From Candidatus Woesearchaeota archaeon (lineage in GTDB: Archaea > Nanobdellota > Nanobdellia > SCGC-AAA011-G17 > UBA489): DNA of 64,000 nt. This document shows, piece after piece, positions 36,161 to 45,411 of this stretch. A program made the position numbers and the translations under genes. Below the pieces are notes generated by a model that was not told the DNA's origin, searched no databases, and saw only the letters and a program-made list of their open reading frames with translations. The number at the start of each line of letters is the position of its first letter. Positions within the stretch are counted from its first letter, which is position 1. The DNA lies in contig CAYFOE010000003.1 of assembly GCA_964344635.1 (NCBI GenBank), positions 24,389 through 88,388 on the forward strand, in the 5' to 3' direction.

Positions 36161-36529
36161 ATGAACAAAAAGGGGTACGATATGTCTTTGATACATGTCA
36201 TTTATTTAGTCATAGGATTAATCATCCTAATCTCAGCACTAGGAAAAATCTACATGAATAAAGACGACACAGGATATTACCTAGAATACTATTCTAAAGA
36301 TCTCTCAGTAGGGATCGAAGCATTCCTCCAATCAGACATAGAAGGAAGTTTCGTATATGGATTGAGAGAAGGTTTTGAAGTTAAAATAGATAATTCCGAA
36401 GGCAAAGTTTACGTAAAGAACGATAACGCCATAGTAGATGATGACTTTAGGACAAGAGATGGTTTTTTCATAAATTTGAAAACTGAGGAAAATAATTTGA
36501 TCATCAACAAGAGAGAGGCAACAGTATAA
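36161..36529 (+). CDS. pilin-like protein
   Basis: MNKKGYDMSLIHVIYLVIGLIILISALG. Confidence 0.4.
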   Translation: MNKKGYDMSLIHVIYLVIGLIILISALGKIYMNKDDTGYYLEYYSKDLSVGIEAFLQSDIEGSFVYGLREGFEVKIDNSEGKVYVKNDNAIVDDDFRTRDGFFINLKTEENNLIINKREATV

Positions 36530-36936
36530 TGCCCGGAACTTTAATCATACAGGAAGAAATTAAGTGGACAGTCACCACAATAGTCCTCACAATCAGTTTG
36601 CTCATGGTTGTTGCAGGCATGGAAGCCTTTATCAACAGAGAGGTGAGATCCGAAAATGTTGAAATCTTATTAGAAAAAGAATTTGTCAAATCCAGTTTTT
36701 TGAAAGACGGAAATATTGATCTGAATGCATTAGAAAATCTAGAAATTAATGACAACTTCGGTTTAATGCTAGAAATTAAAGGAAATAGATACTATGCAAA
36801 CAAGCCAAGATACGACGAAGGAGTTTTTTGTGAAACCTGGGACAACTATTATTGCAGAAACTATGAAGAATTATACCTAGTTGACGGACAGCTTGAAAGC
36901 GTAAACTTTAGGATGGTGATGAGAGATGTTAGCTAA
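36529..36936 (+). CDS. pilin-like / membrane-anchored protein
   Basis: N-terminal TM WTVTTIVLTISLLMVVAG. Overlapping junctions with both neighbours. Confidence 0.4.
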   Translation: MPGTLIIQEEIKWTVTTIVLTISLLMVVAGMEAFINREVRSENVEILLEKEFVKSSFLKDGNIDLNALENLEINDNFGLMLEIKGNRYYANKPRYDEGVFCETWDNYYCRNYEELYLVDGQLESVNFRMVMRDVS

Positions 36937-37447
36937 AAAAGGAGCCTTTCCTTTAATCGACTTTTTTTCAGGACTTGCACTATTGTTTATTCTAAGCGCA
37001 TACCTCTACATTATGTCCTTCTCAAACATCGGAGACTTTTTAGGAGACAACGAAAGAATTGATTCAATTACCGCCCCTCACTCCCAAGATTATATTTTTG
37101 CAATGCTAAGCTCACCCGTTGAAGATTCAAACAGTGTTATAGATTATATCCTAAAAGAAAAAGATTCGGGGAACTATACTGCAGTGCAAAAATTCTTTGA
37201 AAGACACCTCAATGAAGACGGAGTTTATTGGACAGTAAAGTTTAGTTTTGAAGAAGACGACATAATAGAGTTTAGCAGACAAAATTGGATTTCAGAAAGA
37301 ATGTTTAAGACTAACGCAGAGTTCTTTGTTCCGAATTACTATGACCAAAGCCTGATCAAAGTTAATTTTTTGAAAGGAAAAGGAATCTCTCAAACCCAAT
37401 ACGATTATGAAAGACCGCCAGGCTATGCATTGAGAGGTGTAGTATGA
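36926..37447 (+). CDS. pilin-like protein
   Basis: MLAKKGAFPLIDFFSGLALLFILSAYLYI. Confidence 0.4.
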   Translation: MLAKKGAFPLIDFFSGLALLFILSAYLYIMSFSNIGDFLGDNERIDSITAPHSQDYIFAMLSSPVEDSNSVIDYILKEKDSGNYTAVQKFFERHLNEDGVYWTVKFSFEEDDIIEFSRQNWISERMFKTNAEFFVPNYYDQSLIKVNFLKGKGISQTQYDYERPPGYALRGVV

Positions 37448-38202
37448 ACTATTCAAAAAAAGGAATGTTTATCTTTTTCACACTAATGATTGTCGTATTC
37501 TTGATATTAGCAGTATTCATAGTATTCTTCTCAGACAGGCCCGACGTAGATGAAAGTCTGAAAATCGGAGAAGTAGTCATCGGAGTCTATGATGCAAATG
37601 CAGAACTAAAAGAATACAATTTTTTCTTGAAAAAATCAGCAGAATATGCCTTGATGAAAAGTTTAGAAGAAGGACTAAAAAACGGCCATGTTGACAAAGA
37701 AATCCTTTTAGAAGAAATGAAAACAAGTTTTAATGGACACCTTGACAACTATCTAAAAGATCGCCCCGAAATTAATTTTTCCGAAACTGAACTAAACTTC
37801 AATGGAAGCGGATTTTTTGCAAAAGGTATGGCCGAAAGTTTAGTAAGTGTTTCCGATAGGAGAAATTATAACCTTACGGGGAGGCCTAATTTTGATATCT
37901 ACTGGAAATATGATTTTGATTGGTATGAAGAAATGGAAAGAATACTAGTTGACAATTTTTACTGTCTAGAAATATCTAGGGATAATGCAATTTTAGCAGA
38001 CATTGCAAGTGAAAACCTTGAAGAAGAACTTCCCTCAAAGTGTTTGTTAGAATATCCTAAGTTTAAAAGTGTTGAAAAAACCGAAGGAGTTCTGACTTTT
38101 AACTATCTCGCAGAAGGTCACGAATTTGAAGACCAAATTGAGGTCCCTATGAAGGTTGTGCTTTCAGATTTAGAAGACTCTTTAAATAAAGACCTAGTTT
38201 AG
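37444..38202 (+). CDS. pilin-like protein
   Basis: MNYSKKGMFIFFTLMIVVFLILAVFIVFF. Confidence 0.4.
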   Translation: MNYSKKGMFIFFTLMIVVFLILAVFIVFFSDRPDVDESLKIGEVVIGVYDANAELKEYNFFLKKSAEYALMKSLEEGLKNGHVDKEILLEEMKTSFNGHLDNYLKDRPEINFSETELNFNGSGFFAKGMAESLVSVSDRRNYNLTGRPNFDIYWKYDFDWYEEMERILVDNFYCLEISRDNAILADIASENLEEELPSKCLLEYPKFKSVEKTEGVLTFNYLAEGHEFEDQIEVPMKVVLSDLEDSLNKDLV

Positions 38203-38262
38203 ACATTATTCCTGTTTTACAACAACAATCTATAAAAAGAGAATTTTCGTTTTCTGGTTAAA

Positions 38263-39267
38263 ATGATGGGCTTAAACTTCGATGAAATCGTTTCTCAAAT
38301 CAAAGAAAAAGCAGGATTATCCGAAGAAGACATCAAACTCAAAATTTCTCAAAAAAGAGACAAATTAAGCGGCCTCGTAAGTGAAGAAGGCGCAGCACAC
38401 ATTCTTGCAAATGAACTAGGTATTGATTTAATGGAATCAATCAGGAAACACGGTTTGAAGATTGACAAATTAAAAGCAGGAATGAGAGTCGGAGTTACCG
38501 GAAAAGTTGTGAAAATGTACGAAGTTAGATCCTTCCAAAAAAATGAAAGATCAGGAAAAGTTGGAAGTTTTTTGATCGGAGATGATTCAGGATTAATCAG
38601 GATTGTAATGTGGGATGAAGGACTAATCTCAAAAATGGAATCTGGGGAAATTAAACAAGATGTGATCGTTAAGATAGAGAACGGAAATGTAAGAGAAAAT
38701 AATGGATATAGTGAAATGCACTTAGGAAATTACAGCCAGTTAGAAGTAAACCCTCCCGGAGTTGGCGATATCCAAGTTGTTCAGAAAGGCTCTCTCTCAG
38801 GAGACATGGGCTCCTCAGAAATTAAGTTCGGAAAGTTAAGTGAAGCAGCAGTTGGAGAAAATGTTACAGTTTACGGAACCATTGTTCAATTGTTTGAACC
38901 TAGATCTTACGAAGGTTGTTCAGAATGTGGAAGAAAAGTAATCGAAGGCAAATGCAGTACACATCCTGATGGCACAGCTAAAAAAATTCCAATTGTCAAT
39001 TTTTTCTTAGATGACGGACACGCAGGAATGAGAGCTGTAGCGTTTAGAGATGTAGCTTCTAAATTATTAAACCTTGACGAGGCTAGCATGTTAAACGTGA
39101 TTGAGAACCCCTCAGCTTTTGAAGAAGTAAAGAAAAATGTATTAGGTACACAGAAAGTAATCAGTGGAAGAATTACATCCAACGAATTATACAACCGTAA
39201 CGAGTTCTTAGTCAGAGGCATCCATGAAATGGACACTGCTGAGATCTTACAAAAAATTGCAAATTAG
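38263..39267 (+). CDS. rpa: replication protein A (RPA/SSB) with OB folds and C4 zinc ribbon
   Basis: N-terminal SEEGAAHILANELGI block is characteristic of archaeal RPA. OB-fold-like segments. CSECGRKVIEGKCSTH. Confidence 0.7.
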   Translation: MMGLNFDEIVSQIKEKAGLSEEDIKLKISQKRDKLSGLVSEEGAAHILANELGIDLMESIRKHGLKIDKLKAGMRVGVTGKVVKMYEVRSFQKNERSGKVGSFLIGDDSGLIRIVMWDEGLISKMESGEIKQDVIVKIENGNVRENNGYSEMHLGNYSQLEVNPPGVGDIQVVQKGSLSGDMGSSEIKFGKLSEAAVGENVTVYGTIVQLFEPRSYEGCSECGRKVIEGKCSTHPDGTAKKIPIVNFFLDDGHAGMRAVAFRDVASKLLNLDEASMLNVIENPSAFEEVKKNVLGTQKVISGRITSNELYNRNEFLVRGIHEMDTAEILQKIAN

Positions 39268-39300
39268 TTTTTGATAAGTTTTTTAAAGTAGGTTATTCTA

Positions 39301-39678
39301 ATGAAAATTATGCCCAAGAAAAAAAAGAGTCTGAGTGGCTTTCCAATTCATTCTAGAAATTTCTTTTTCGTAATAGCTTTAGCATTTTTAGCATTCGTTT
39401 TGTTCTCCCACGAGGGCGAGAATAAACTAACCGAGAACATTGTCGATCCAGGAGTAAGAGATGAATCTTGGATTATAAACGAGTGTACATTCAGTTCAGC
39501 AGAAGACGCAGCGAATGAGTTTAAATGGGCCTTTGGTTGCAAAAAAGATTATTGCAAAGCTGCAGGTTACGGCATAGACCTACTGAGGAACATCCATTTA
39601 GAAGTCCCTTGTAGAACAGTGGACCAAAAGGTAGAATGGATAGACCATTGTACTGAGGCCTTTGAGAGTATTTGTTAG
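39301..39678 (+). CDS. membrane-anchored Cys-rich hypothetical protein
   Basis: N-terminal TM FFFVIALAFLAFVLF, then a 6-Cys extracytoplasmic domain. Confidence 0.35.
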   Translation: MKIMPKKKKSLSGFPIHSRNFFFVIALAFLAFVLFSHEGENKLTENIVDPGVRDESWIINECTFSSAEDAANEFKWAFGCKKDYCKAAGYGIDLLRNIHLEVPCRTVDQKVEWIDHCTEAFESIC

Positions 39679-39809
39679 ACCTGCATTTATCGCACTTACC
39701 GATAATTGGAAGATTCTTTATAAAACTCAAATATTTAACGAGATTGTCCTGAAAGGACATATAAAATCAAAACCCTATGGGGCTCTTAATACAAGAGTAG
39801 GAGGCAAAA

Positions 39810-40106
39810 ATGAAAAAAGAAGACGTAAAAATAAGTTCTATGGAGTCTGCTCCAAAGAGACCATTCAAAGAATGGAAAGCTGGAAATCTACAAGCCGCAT
39901 TGTGGAAAAACAAAAAAGCTATGGACGATGGTTCTGAAATTGAATTCAAAACCGTAAGTCTTACAAGAAGCTATAGGAAAACCGGCGAAGACATTTGGAG
40001 ACACGACGCGATCAACCTGAGAAGGAATGATCTACAAAAAGCAATCCTAGTATTGCAAAAGGCACAAGAAGAATTATTGATTTATTCAAAGGACGACGAG
40101 GAGTGA
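39810..40106 (+). CDS. hypothetical protein (98 aa)
   Basis: ORF with a plausible RBS-like ggaggc upstream. No motif assigned. Confidence 0.3.
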   Translation: MKKEDVKISSMESAPKRPFKEWKAGNLQAALWKNKKAMDDGSEIEFKTVSLTRSYRKTGEDIWRHDAINLRRNDLQKAILVLQKAQEELLIYSKDDEE

Positions 40107-40116
40107 GGTGATTTAG

Positions 40117-41103
40117 ATGGCAAAGAGTGCAGAAGTTCCTGAACAATTAAAAAATAAAGATGAAGTTAAAGTGACAGATTTGCCCGGAGTGGGCGCTGCA
40201 ACTGCTGAGAAATTAGCAGAAGCAGGTTTTGATTCCCTAATGGCTCTTGCTGTAGCAAGCCCGGCAACCGTTGTCGAAATTGCAGGCGTCGGAGAAGCTC
40301 CCGCAAGAAAAATAATCAACGCTGCTAGAAATTCACTAGACATGGGTTTCGAAAGTGGAATAGATTTACTAGACAAAAGATCGTCAGTCCTTAAAATTAG
40401 CACAGGCTCTAAAAATGTCGACGAAATGCTCGGAGGAGGCATGGAATCAGGAGCCATAACAGAATGCTACGGTGCATACGGTTCCGGAAAAACAAGTATC
40501 GCCCACCAACTTGCCGTTAACGTTCAACTACCTAGAGAACAAGGCGGAGCAGACGGCATCGCAGTCTGGATCGACACAGAAGGAACACTCAGGCCAGAAT
40601 ATCTGAAACCAATTGCAGAAGCAAAAGGCATGGACGTTGATGAAGCCCTAAAAAACTTTAGAGGAGTTAGAGCATTTAATTCAGACCATCAAATGCTTCT
40701 AGCAGAAAAAGTCGAAGACCTTATCAAAAAAGACGGATTGCCAGTGAGATTGATTATCATCGATTCATTAATGGGACATTTTAGAAGTGAATTCTCAGGA
40801 AGAGGAACCCTAGCAGACAGGCAACAAAAACTGAACAAACACCTACACGCACTGCTGAAAATAGCAACACAATACAACATCGCAGTCTACATAACCAACC
40901 AAGTTATGTCCAAGCCAGACACCTTCTTCGGAGATCCTACAGAAGCTATCGGTGGACACGTAGTTGCACACACCAGCACAGTAAGAGTATATCTCAGAAG
41001 AGGAAAAAAAGGAACCAGAGTTGCAAAATTAGTAGATGCACCAGCATTACCTGATGGAGAAGCAGCATTTATGGTGACAAACGAAGGAATCAAAGACGTT
41101 TGA
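40117..41103 (+). CDS. radA: RadA recombinase
   Basis: N-terminal HhH LPGVGAATAEKLAEAGF. Walker A GAYGSGKTSIAHQLA. Walker B LIIIDSLM. Confidence 0.92.
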   Translation: MAKSAEVPEQLKNKDEVKVTDLPGVGAATAEKLAEAGFDSLMALAVASPATVVEIAGVGEAPARKIINAARNSLDMGFESGIDLLDKRSSVLKISTGSKNVDEMLGGGMESGAITECYGAYGSGKTSIAHQLAVNVQLPREQGGADGIAVWIDTEGTLRPEYLKPIAEAKGMDVDEALKNFRGVRAFNSDHQMLLAEKVEDLIKKDGLPVRLIIIDSLMGHFRSEFSGRGTLADRQQKLNKHLHALLKIATQYNIAVYITNQVMSKPDTFFGDPTEAIGGHVVAHTSTVRVYLRRGKKGTRVAKLVDAPALPDGEAAFMVTNEGIKDV

Positions 41104-41111
41104 TTGCTTTA

Positions 41112-41185
41112 TGTCCCTGCCAGGATTTGAACCTGACTCTCAACCTCCGCAAGGTTACGTGCTATCCAGACTACACCACAGGGAC
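41112..41185 (-). tRNA. tRNA-Arg (anticodon GCG); no encoded CCA
   Basis: Reverse complement folds as: acceptor GTCCCTG/CAGGGAC; D arm GTGT-AGTCTGGATA-GCAC; anticodon arm TAACC-TTGCGGA-GGTTG; T arm TCAGG-TTCAAAT-CCTGG; discriminator A. 74 nt. Confidence 0.85.
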
Positions 41186-41273
41186 TTACCCGTTCTCGAG
41201 GTTCCCAGCTTTAAAAGGCTTATTAGGCAGTTTAGTAAGTTTTATAAAGCCCCTCCGGGTTTTTCACGATACA

Positions 41274-41450
41274 ATGGATAACAAAATCTACAAATGCGTA
41301 AGTACTGGAAATTCAGTAACAAATGACAAAGGAAGCTCTATTTTTGATTGCCCAGGCTGCGGAAAACAAAAAGTAGTGAGATCTTACAACGCAAGACAAA
41401 TATCTGCAAAATATGTTTGTCCAGAATGTGGTTTTGAAGGTCCAAACTAG
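41274..41450 (+). CDS. small zinc-ribbon protein (58 aa, two CxxC pairs), conserved neighbour of aEF-1beta
   Basis: MDNKIYKCVSTG...DCPGCGKQ...VCPECGF. The listed longer ORF from 41100 would overlap the tRNA and is rejected. Confidence 0.5.
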   Translation: MDNKIYKCVSTGNSVTNDKGSSIFDCPGCGKQKVVRSYNARQISAKYVCPECGFEGPN

Positions 41451-41464
41451 GAGAGTGTAGATTT

Positions 41465-41743
41465 ATGGCAAGAGTTATTGTAACATTCAAAGTTATGCCT
41501 GAAAGCATGGATGTAAACTTAGACGACATTAAAGGATTAGTTAAGCAACACGTTGAAACTTTTGAAGGGACTATGAATGGCGACATGACTGAAGAGCCTG
41601 TAGCTTTCGGTCTGAAAGCAGTTAAAGCATCATTTTCATACGATGAATCTAAAGGTTCATCCGACGAACTAGAAGAAAAGTTAGTAGCTGAAGACATCAT
41701 CCAAAGCGTTGAAGTTTTGAGTGTTGGAAGAGCAATGGGATAA
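41465..41743 (+). CDS. translation elongation factor 1-beta (aEF-1beta)
   Basis: About 90 aa. MARVIVTFKVMPESMDVNLDDIKGLVK...FGLKAVKASFSYDES...EDIIQSVEVLSV matches the archaeal EF1B fold. Confidence 0.8.
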   Translation: MARVIVTFKVMPESMDVNLDDIKGLVKQHVETFEGTMNGDMTEEPVAFGLKAVKASFSYDESKGSSDELEEKLVAEDIIQSVEVLSVGRAMG

Positions 41744-41773
41744 TTTTTTATATCTCCCTTTTACTTTTATTTT

Positions 41774-42286
41774 ATGTCTGAAGAAAATAAGTGCATTTTT
41801 TGTAGCATTATAGATGGTTCTGCACAAAGTGTTAAAGTTTATGAAGACGAATTTATTCTAGGCGTTCTGGATATTTTTCCCGCAACACCCGGACATGTAT
41901 TAATCATCCCAAAGAGACATGTCGCAACTAGTTCCCAATTAGAAGATAAAGAAGAAGCACATTTTTTTAAGATGGGCAACAAAATTGCAAGCTGTGTTTT
42001 TGAAGCAATGGAAGCAAAAGGCACAAATCTACTAGTATCTAACGGAACTCATGCCGGACAGAAAGTCGGACATGTGACTATGAGTGTAATACCCAGATAT
42101 GAAAATGATGGAGTTAACATTTCCTGGGACGCAAAACAAATTGACGAAGAGTCTCTGAAAAATTCTTTTGAAAAAATAGTAAGCAGGACGGCAAACCTGA
42201 TGAAAGAAACTGCCCCTAAAAAAGAAGAAGTTCAAGCAATGGAAGAATTAGAAGAAGAAACTTTTGACAATTATAGAATTCCTTAG
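41774..42286 (+). CDS. HIT-family (histidine triad) nucleotide hydrolase
   Basis: CIFCSI...PATPGHVLIIPKRH and histidine triad HVHMSVIP-like GHVTMSVIP. Confidence 0.75.
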   Translation: MSEENKCIFCSIIDGSAQSVKVYEDEFILGVLDIFPATPGHVLIIPKRHVATSSQLEDKEEAHFFKMGNKIASCVFEAMEAKGTNLLVSNGTHAGQKVGHVTMSVIPRYENDGVNISWDAKQIDEESLKNSFEKIVSRTANLMKETAPKKEEVQAMEELEEETFDNYRIP

Positions 42287-43161
42287 ATTAAAGGAAAGAA
42301 CAATGCACTTCCAGTGATCAACGTTATTACGGTCCCTATGAAAAATGGAGGTACAAACGGAATACCTTCACTAACCACTATCGATTTTATTTTCTCTTTT
42401 TTTAGAAGCTCAATACCCTTTTTGTCAATGCCGTAAGGACTCACTTGATAAATCAGTCTTCTATTCTTGTAAACATCACTCTGTACCCAATCCCCCTCAG
42501 TCAGTTTATTCACCGGGATCTCCTTGTACATGCATGCAAGTTCTATAGCCTTTAATACAATCAATATGTAAGGAATCACTAGGATTGTTATAGACATTAA
42601 ACCACCTAGATGTTTTAGTTCTGAAGGAAGGAAAGTAAACGCAGTGATGAATATCAAAAGTGCGATAGAGAGCATACTAATCTTCATACTTCTAGTTTTG
42701 GCATCCAAGTTTAATTTTCTAAACTCTCTTTTGAATTTCCCCCAGTGTTTTATTGTAAGATATAATGCATAAAGCATCCCATAGATTGCTCCCGTGATTA
42801 ATATGTTCAATAATAATTTTGCAGGGAAAGGTACAATTGACGCAACATTAATGTACGAAGGTGTTGTAGCGAATGCACTTCCAATTACTGCAATGAGTTT
42901 TGTATCTCCACCACCCCACTGCTTTGTAAAATACATTAAGTTTCCAAATGCAAAAAATATTGCGAATACCATTGTGGTTTGGAGGATGAATTCGGAATTT
43001 CTCAAAATTAATGATTCGATAATTCTTGCCGAAAAAATGTAGAATAAAGATCCGTAACTTAACCAATCAGGAATTTCCCTTGTTTTTAAGTCCGAAAGTG
43101 ACGCAAACAATAGCGCAATCAGCACTGGAACTGCGATTAGAACATCGAAGAGTAAAATCAT
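42283..43161 (-). CDS. A24-family prepilin/preflagellin peptidase (PibD/FlaK-like) with extra C-terminal membrane domain
   Basis: First catalytic Asp block ASLSDLKTREIPDWL. Second block WGGGDTKLIAVIGSAF. Polytopic. Confidence 0.7.
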   Translation of the reverse strand: MILLFDVLIAVPVLIALLFASLSDLKTREIPDWLSYGSLFYIFSARIIESLILRNSEFILQTTMVFAIFFAFGNLMYFTKQWGGGDTKLIAVIGSAFATTPSYINVASIVPFPAKLLLNILITGAIYGMLYALYLTIKHWGKFKREFRKLNLDAKTRSMKISMLSIALLIFITAFTFLPSELKHLGGLMSITILVIPYILIVLKAIELACMYKEIPVNKLTEGDWVQSDVYKNRRLIYQVSPYGIDKKGIELLKKEKIKSIVVSEGIPFVPPFFIGTVITLITGSALFFPLI

Positions 43162-43194
43162 AATTGAATCTTCTAATTAAAGGATTTATAAGTT

Positions 43195-43524
43195 TTAATC
43201 TTTTTTTCTAAGTAAAGAATATGCTGCAAAAACTCCACCTGCAACTGCTCCCCAAACAAGTGGGTTGTTATAATCGGTCTCGCTTTCCATCTTTACAGGA
43301 GTTGAGCGTACAAAATAGCGAGTATTTGATTCAGAGTTATTTGGAGAATATACATAGGTCGTTGCCAACAGTGTAGTTAGTCCAATGGAACCCCAGAATA
43401 ATCTTTTCATAGTTTGTTTAACATAGGCTTTACTATTTTCGTTTTCTATTGTATTAATAGTGTTTACTACATTGACTAGTGTTTTAGCCGAGTCTTCTAT
43501 GCTTTTTCCAAATCCCCAAGTCAT
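43195..43524 (-). CDS. small protein with C-terminal TM anchor
   Basis: 109 aa ORF. GAVAGGVFAAYSLL hydrophobic tail. Confidence 0.3.
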   Translation of the reverse strand: MTWGFGKSIEDSAKTLVNVVNTINTIENENSKAYVKQTMKRLFWGSIGLTTLLATTYVYSPNNSESNTRYFVRSTPVKMESETDYNNPLVWGAVAGGVFAAYSLLRKKD

Positions 43525-43634
43525 ATTCTTTGAAGAAGTTTAAACGTTTTTAAAGGTTTGTGTTATTCATTACTTGGGAGTAGTATTTTAAAATTGGAGA
43601 ATATGTTTAAATAATTTTTAGACTTATAGAATAC

Positions 43635-44159
43635 ATGGGCCTAAGAGAAAAATTAAAACAATATTCTTCTAATACAAATTACAAAATCTATAATTGTCTG
43701 ACAGGTTTAGCCTTATTAACAAGTAGTTCCTGCGGAAATTCTTATGAACACCCCGAAGCAGACACAAGATACTACCTTAACAATGGAAGATTAGACGATA
43801 AAGTTAAACCCAACGGAGGAGTTTTTGAAGCATTTAGTGCGTATTATCAAAGAGATCTTGAACCTTTTTCCGCTCCAGGAATGATCCACCTAGGCTTAGG
43901 TATGGGAACAGCTTTCGCATTAGGCACTAAAAAAAGTTGGTTAGGTCTACCCCTAGGCTGGACTTTATCAATGGTGCCCGAAATGTTTAACCTAAGCAAT
44001 GATTACATAAATGGCGAAGAATTCATAGAACATGGATTCAACCATCTGCTAGGCGTTGGATTTTTTTGGTGCACAGGAATTTTATCAAGAAACTATTCAA
44101 ACAATTCCAATAGAAATGATAATTCCAGCGGTGGCGGAAGGAATTGGCATAAAAGATAG
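43635..44159 (+). CDS. hypothetical secreted/lipoprotein-like protein
   Basis: N-terminal LTGLALLTSSSCGNS looks like a signal peptide or lipobox. Confidence 0.35.
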   Translation: MGLREKLKQYSSNTNYKIYNCLTGLALLTSSSCGNSYEHPEADTRYYLNNGRLDDKVKPNGGVFEAFSAYYQRDLEPFSAPGMIHLGLGMGTAFALGTKKSWLGLPLGWTLSMVPEMFNLSNDYINGEEFIEHGFNHLLGVGFFWCTGILSRNYSNNSNRNDNSSGGGRNWHKR

Positions 44160-44205
44160 TTTAGCAAGATTTAAATACTGTTGAAGGTGTTTTATCTTAA
44201 TAGAG

Positions 44206-45411
44206 GTGTTCAAGATTATCAGATATAAAAAAGACGGGCAAGCTAGAGGCGCAGCCTACCTGATAATGATGATCGCATTATTTCTCGCAATCTATGTCGT
44301 AATATTACCTGACCAAGAAAAAGCAGAATTATTAGGCGAAGAAAGTTATCCCGGAACATTCATAGGCTCAGAAAACATTGGATCACCCAAGCTAGCATTT
44401 AGACCATTACTATCAGATTCGCCAGGCCTAGTTAAACCATACTTACAAGATGTCTACCAAAAAAACTTAGCAAGTGTTAATCTATTTTCACTAGCAGACC
44501 AACAATATGACACAGTCACCAATAACTTACACTTAGAAAGTTCAACATTTTCAAGCGATAAAGCAAAATACTCATTTTCACTAGACAATTTTGAAGACCT
44601 AAGAGATTTGAAATTGTTACTCTTTGTAGTCTCAAGTGAAGGTGAGATGACCATTAAACTAAACGGAGCTAAAATCTTATCCGGAGAAATAACAAGCGAA
44701 ATGTTACCAGTCGTATTACCAAGAAGCTTGCTTGGAGAAACCAACGAATTAGAATTTGAAGTTGAACGCCCAAGCTTATTCCAATTTGTTTCATCCAACG
44801 AATACCTATTGAAAGATGTTGTATTGATAAAAGAATACCTAGTTCAGAACAATTACGAAGCTAGACAGTTTGTATTGGACGAAGAAGATTTAAGAGATTT
44901 GAATCACATGTCTTTATTGTTCAGACTCAACTGCATGACCTATAACGAAGAAGGAAGGATCAAAGTCCTATTGAATGGAATACTAGTTCATGATTCATTA
45001 GCAGTTTGTGACGCAGGAGTGACCGAAGTGGATTTCAGTCCTAGCGACTTAGTCATTGGAAGGAACGTACTCGAGTTCTTTGTTGATAAAGGACAATATG
45101 TTCTTGAGAACCCAGTTGTAGAGTCTGATTATTCACAAAAAGAGTTTTACAAATCATACTTTACACTCAATCCAAATGACGTAATGGATATTCTGAACGG
45201 TGCAGATGTCATGCTTGAAGCAGGCTTCTTTAATGATGGATTGCTTAAGTCAGGAGTATTCATTGTGAACGGATATCCTGTAGAGTTTAGTACAAGTCGT
45301 GGAGATTTCGTTACCGATCTGAACGGATTAGTTTATGAGGGTCAAAATGTAATAACTGTTGTTCCTGATACTGTTTTTGAAATAGTGACTTTAGATATCT
45401 TCCTTGCTTAG
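44206..45411 (+). CDS. secreted protein with pilin-like N-terminus (401 aa)
   Basis: KKDGQARGAAYLIMMIALFLAIYVVIL, then a beta-rich-looking domain. Confidence 0.4.
   Translation: MFKIIRYKKDGQARGAAYLIMMIALFLAIYVVILPDQEKAELLGEESYPGTFIGSENIGSPKLAFRPLLSDSPGLVKPYLQDVYQKNLASVNLFSLADQQYDTVTNNLHLESSTFSSDKAKYSFSLDNFEDLRDLKLLLFVVSSEGEMTIKLNGAKILSGEITSEMLPVVLPRSLLGETNELEFEVERPSLFQFVSSNEYLLKDVVLIKEYLVQNNYEARQFVLDEEDLRDLNHMSLLFRLNCMTYNEEGRIKVLLNGILVHDSLAVCDAGVTEVDFSPSDLVIGRNVLEFFVDKGQYVLENPVVESDYSQKEFYKSYFTLNPNDVMDILNGADVMLEAGFFNDGLLKSGVFIVNGYPVEFSTSRGDFVTDLNGLVYEGQNVITVVPDTVFEIVTLDIFLA

Noticed and set aside
41100-41273. The listed 116-aa ORF starting at 41100
   Set aside because: Its first 58 codons run antisense across the tRNA-Arg gene and the promoter region. 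The conserved zinc-ribbon protein starts at the internal ATG at 41274 (MDNKIYKC...).
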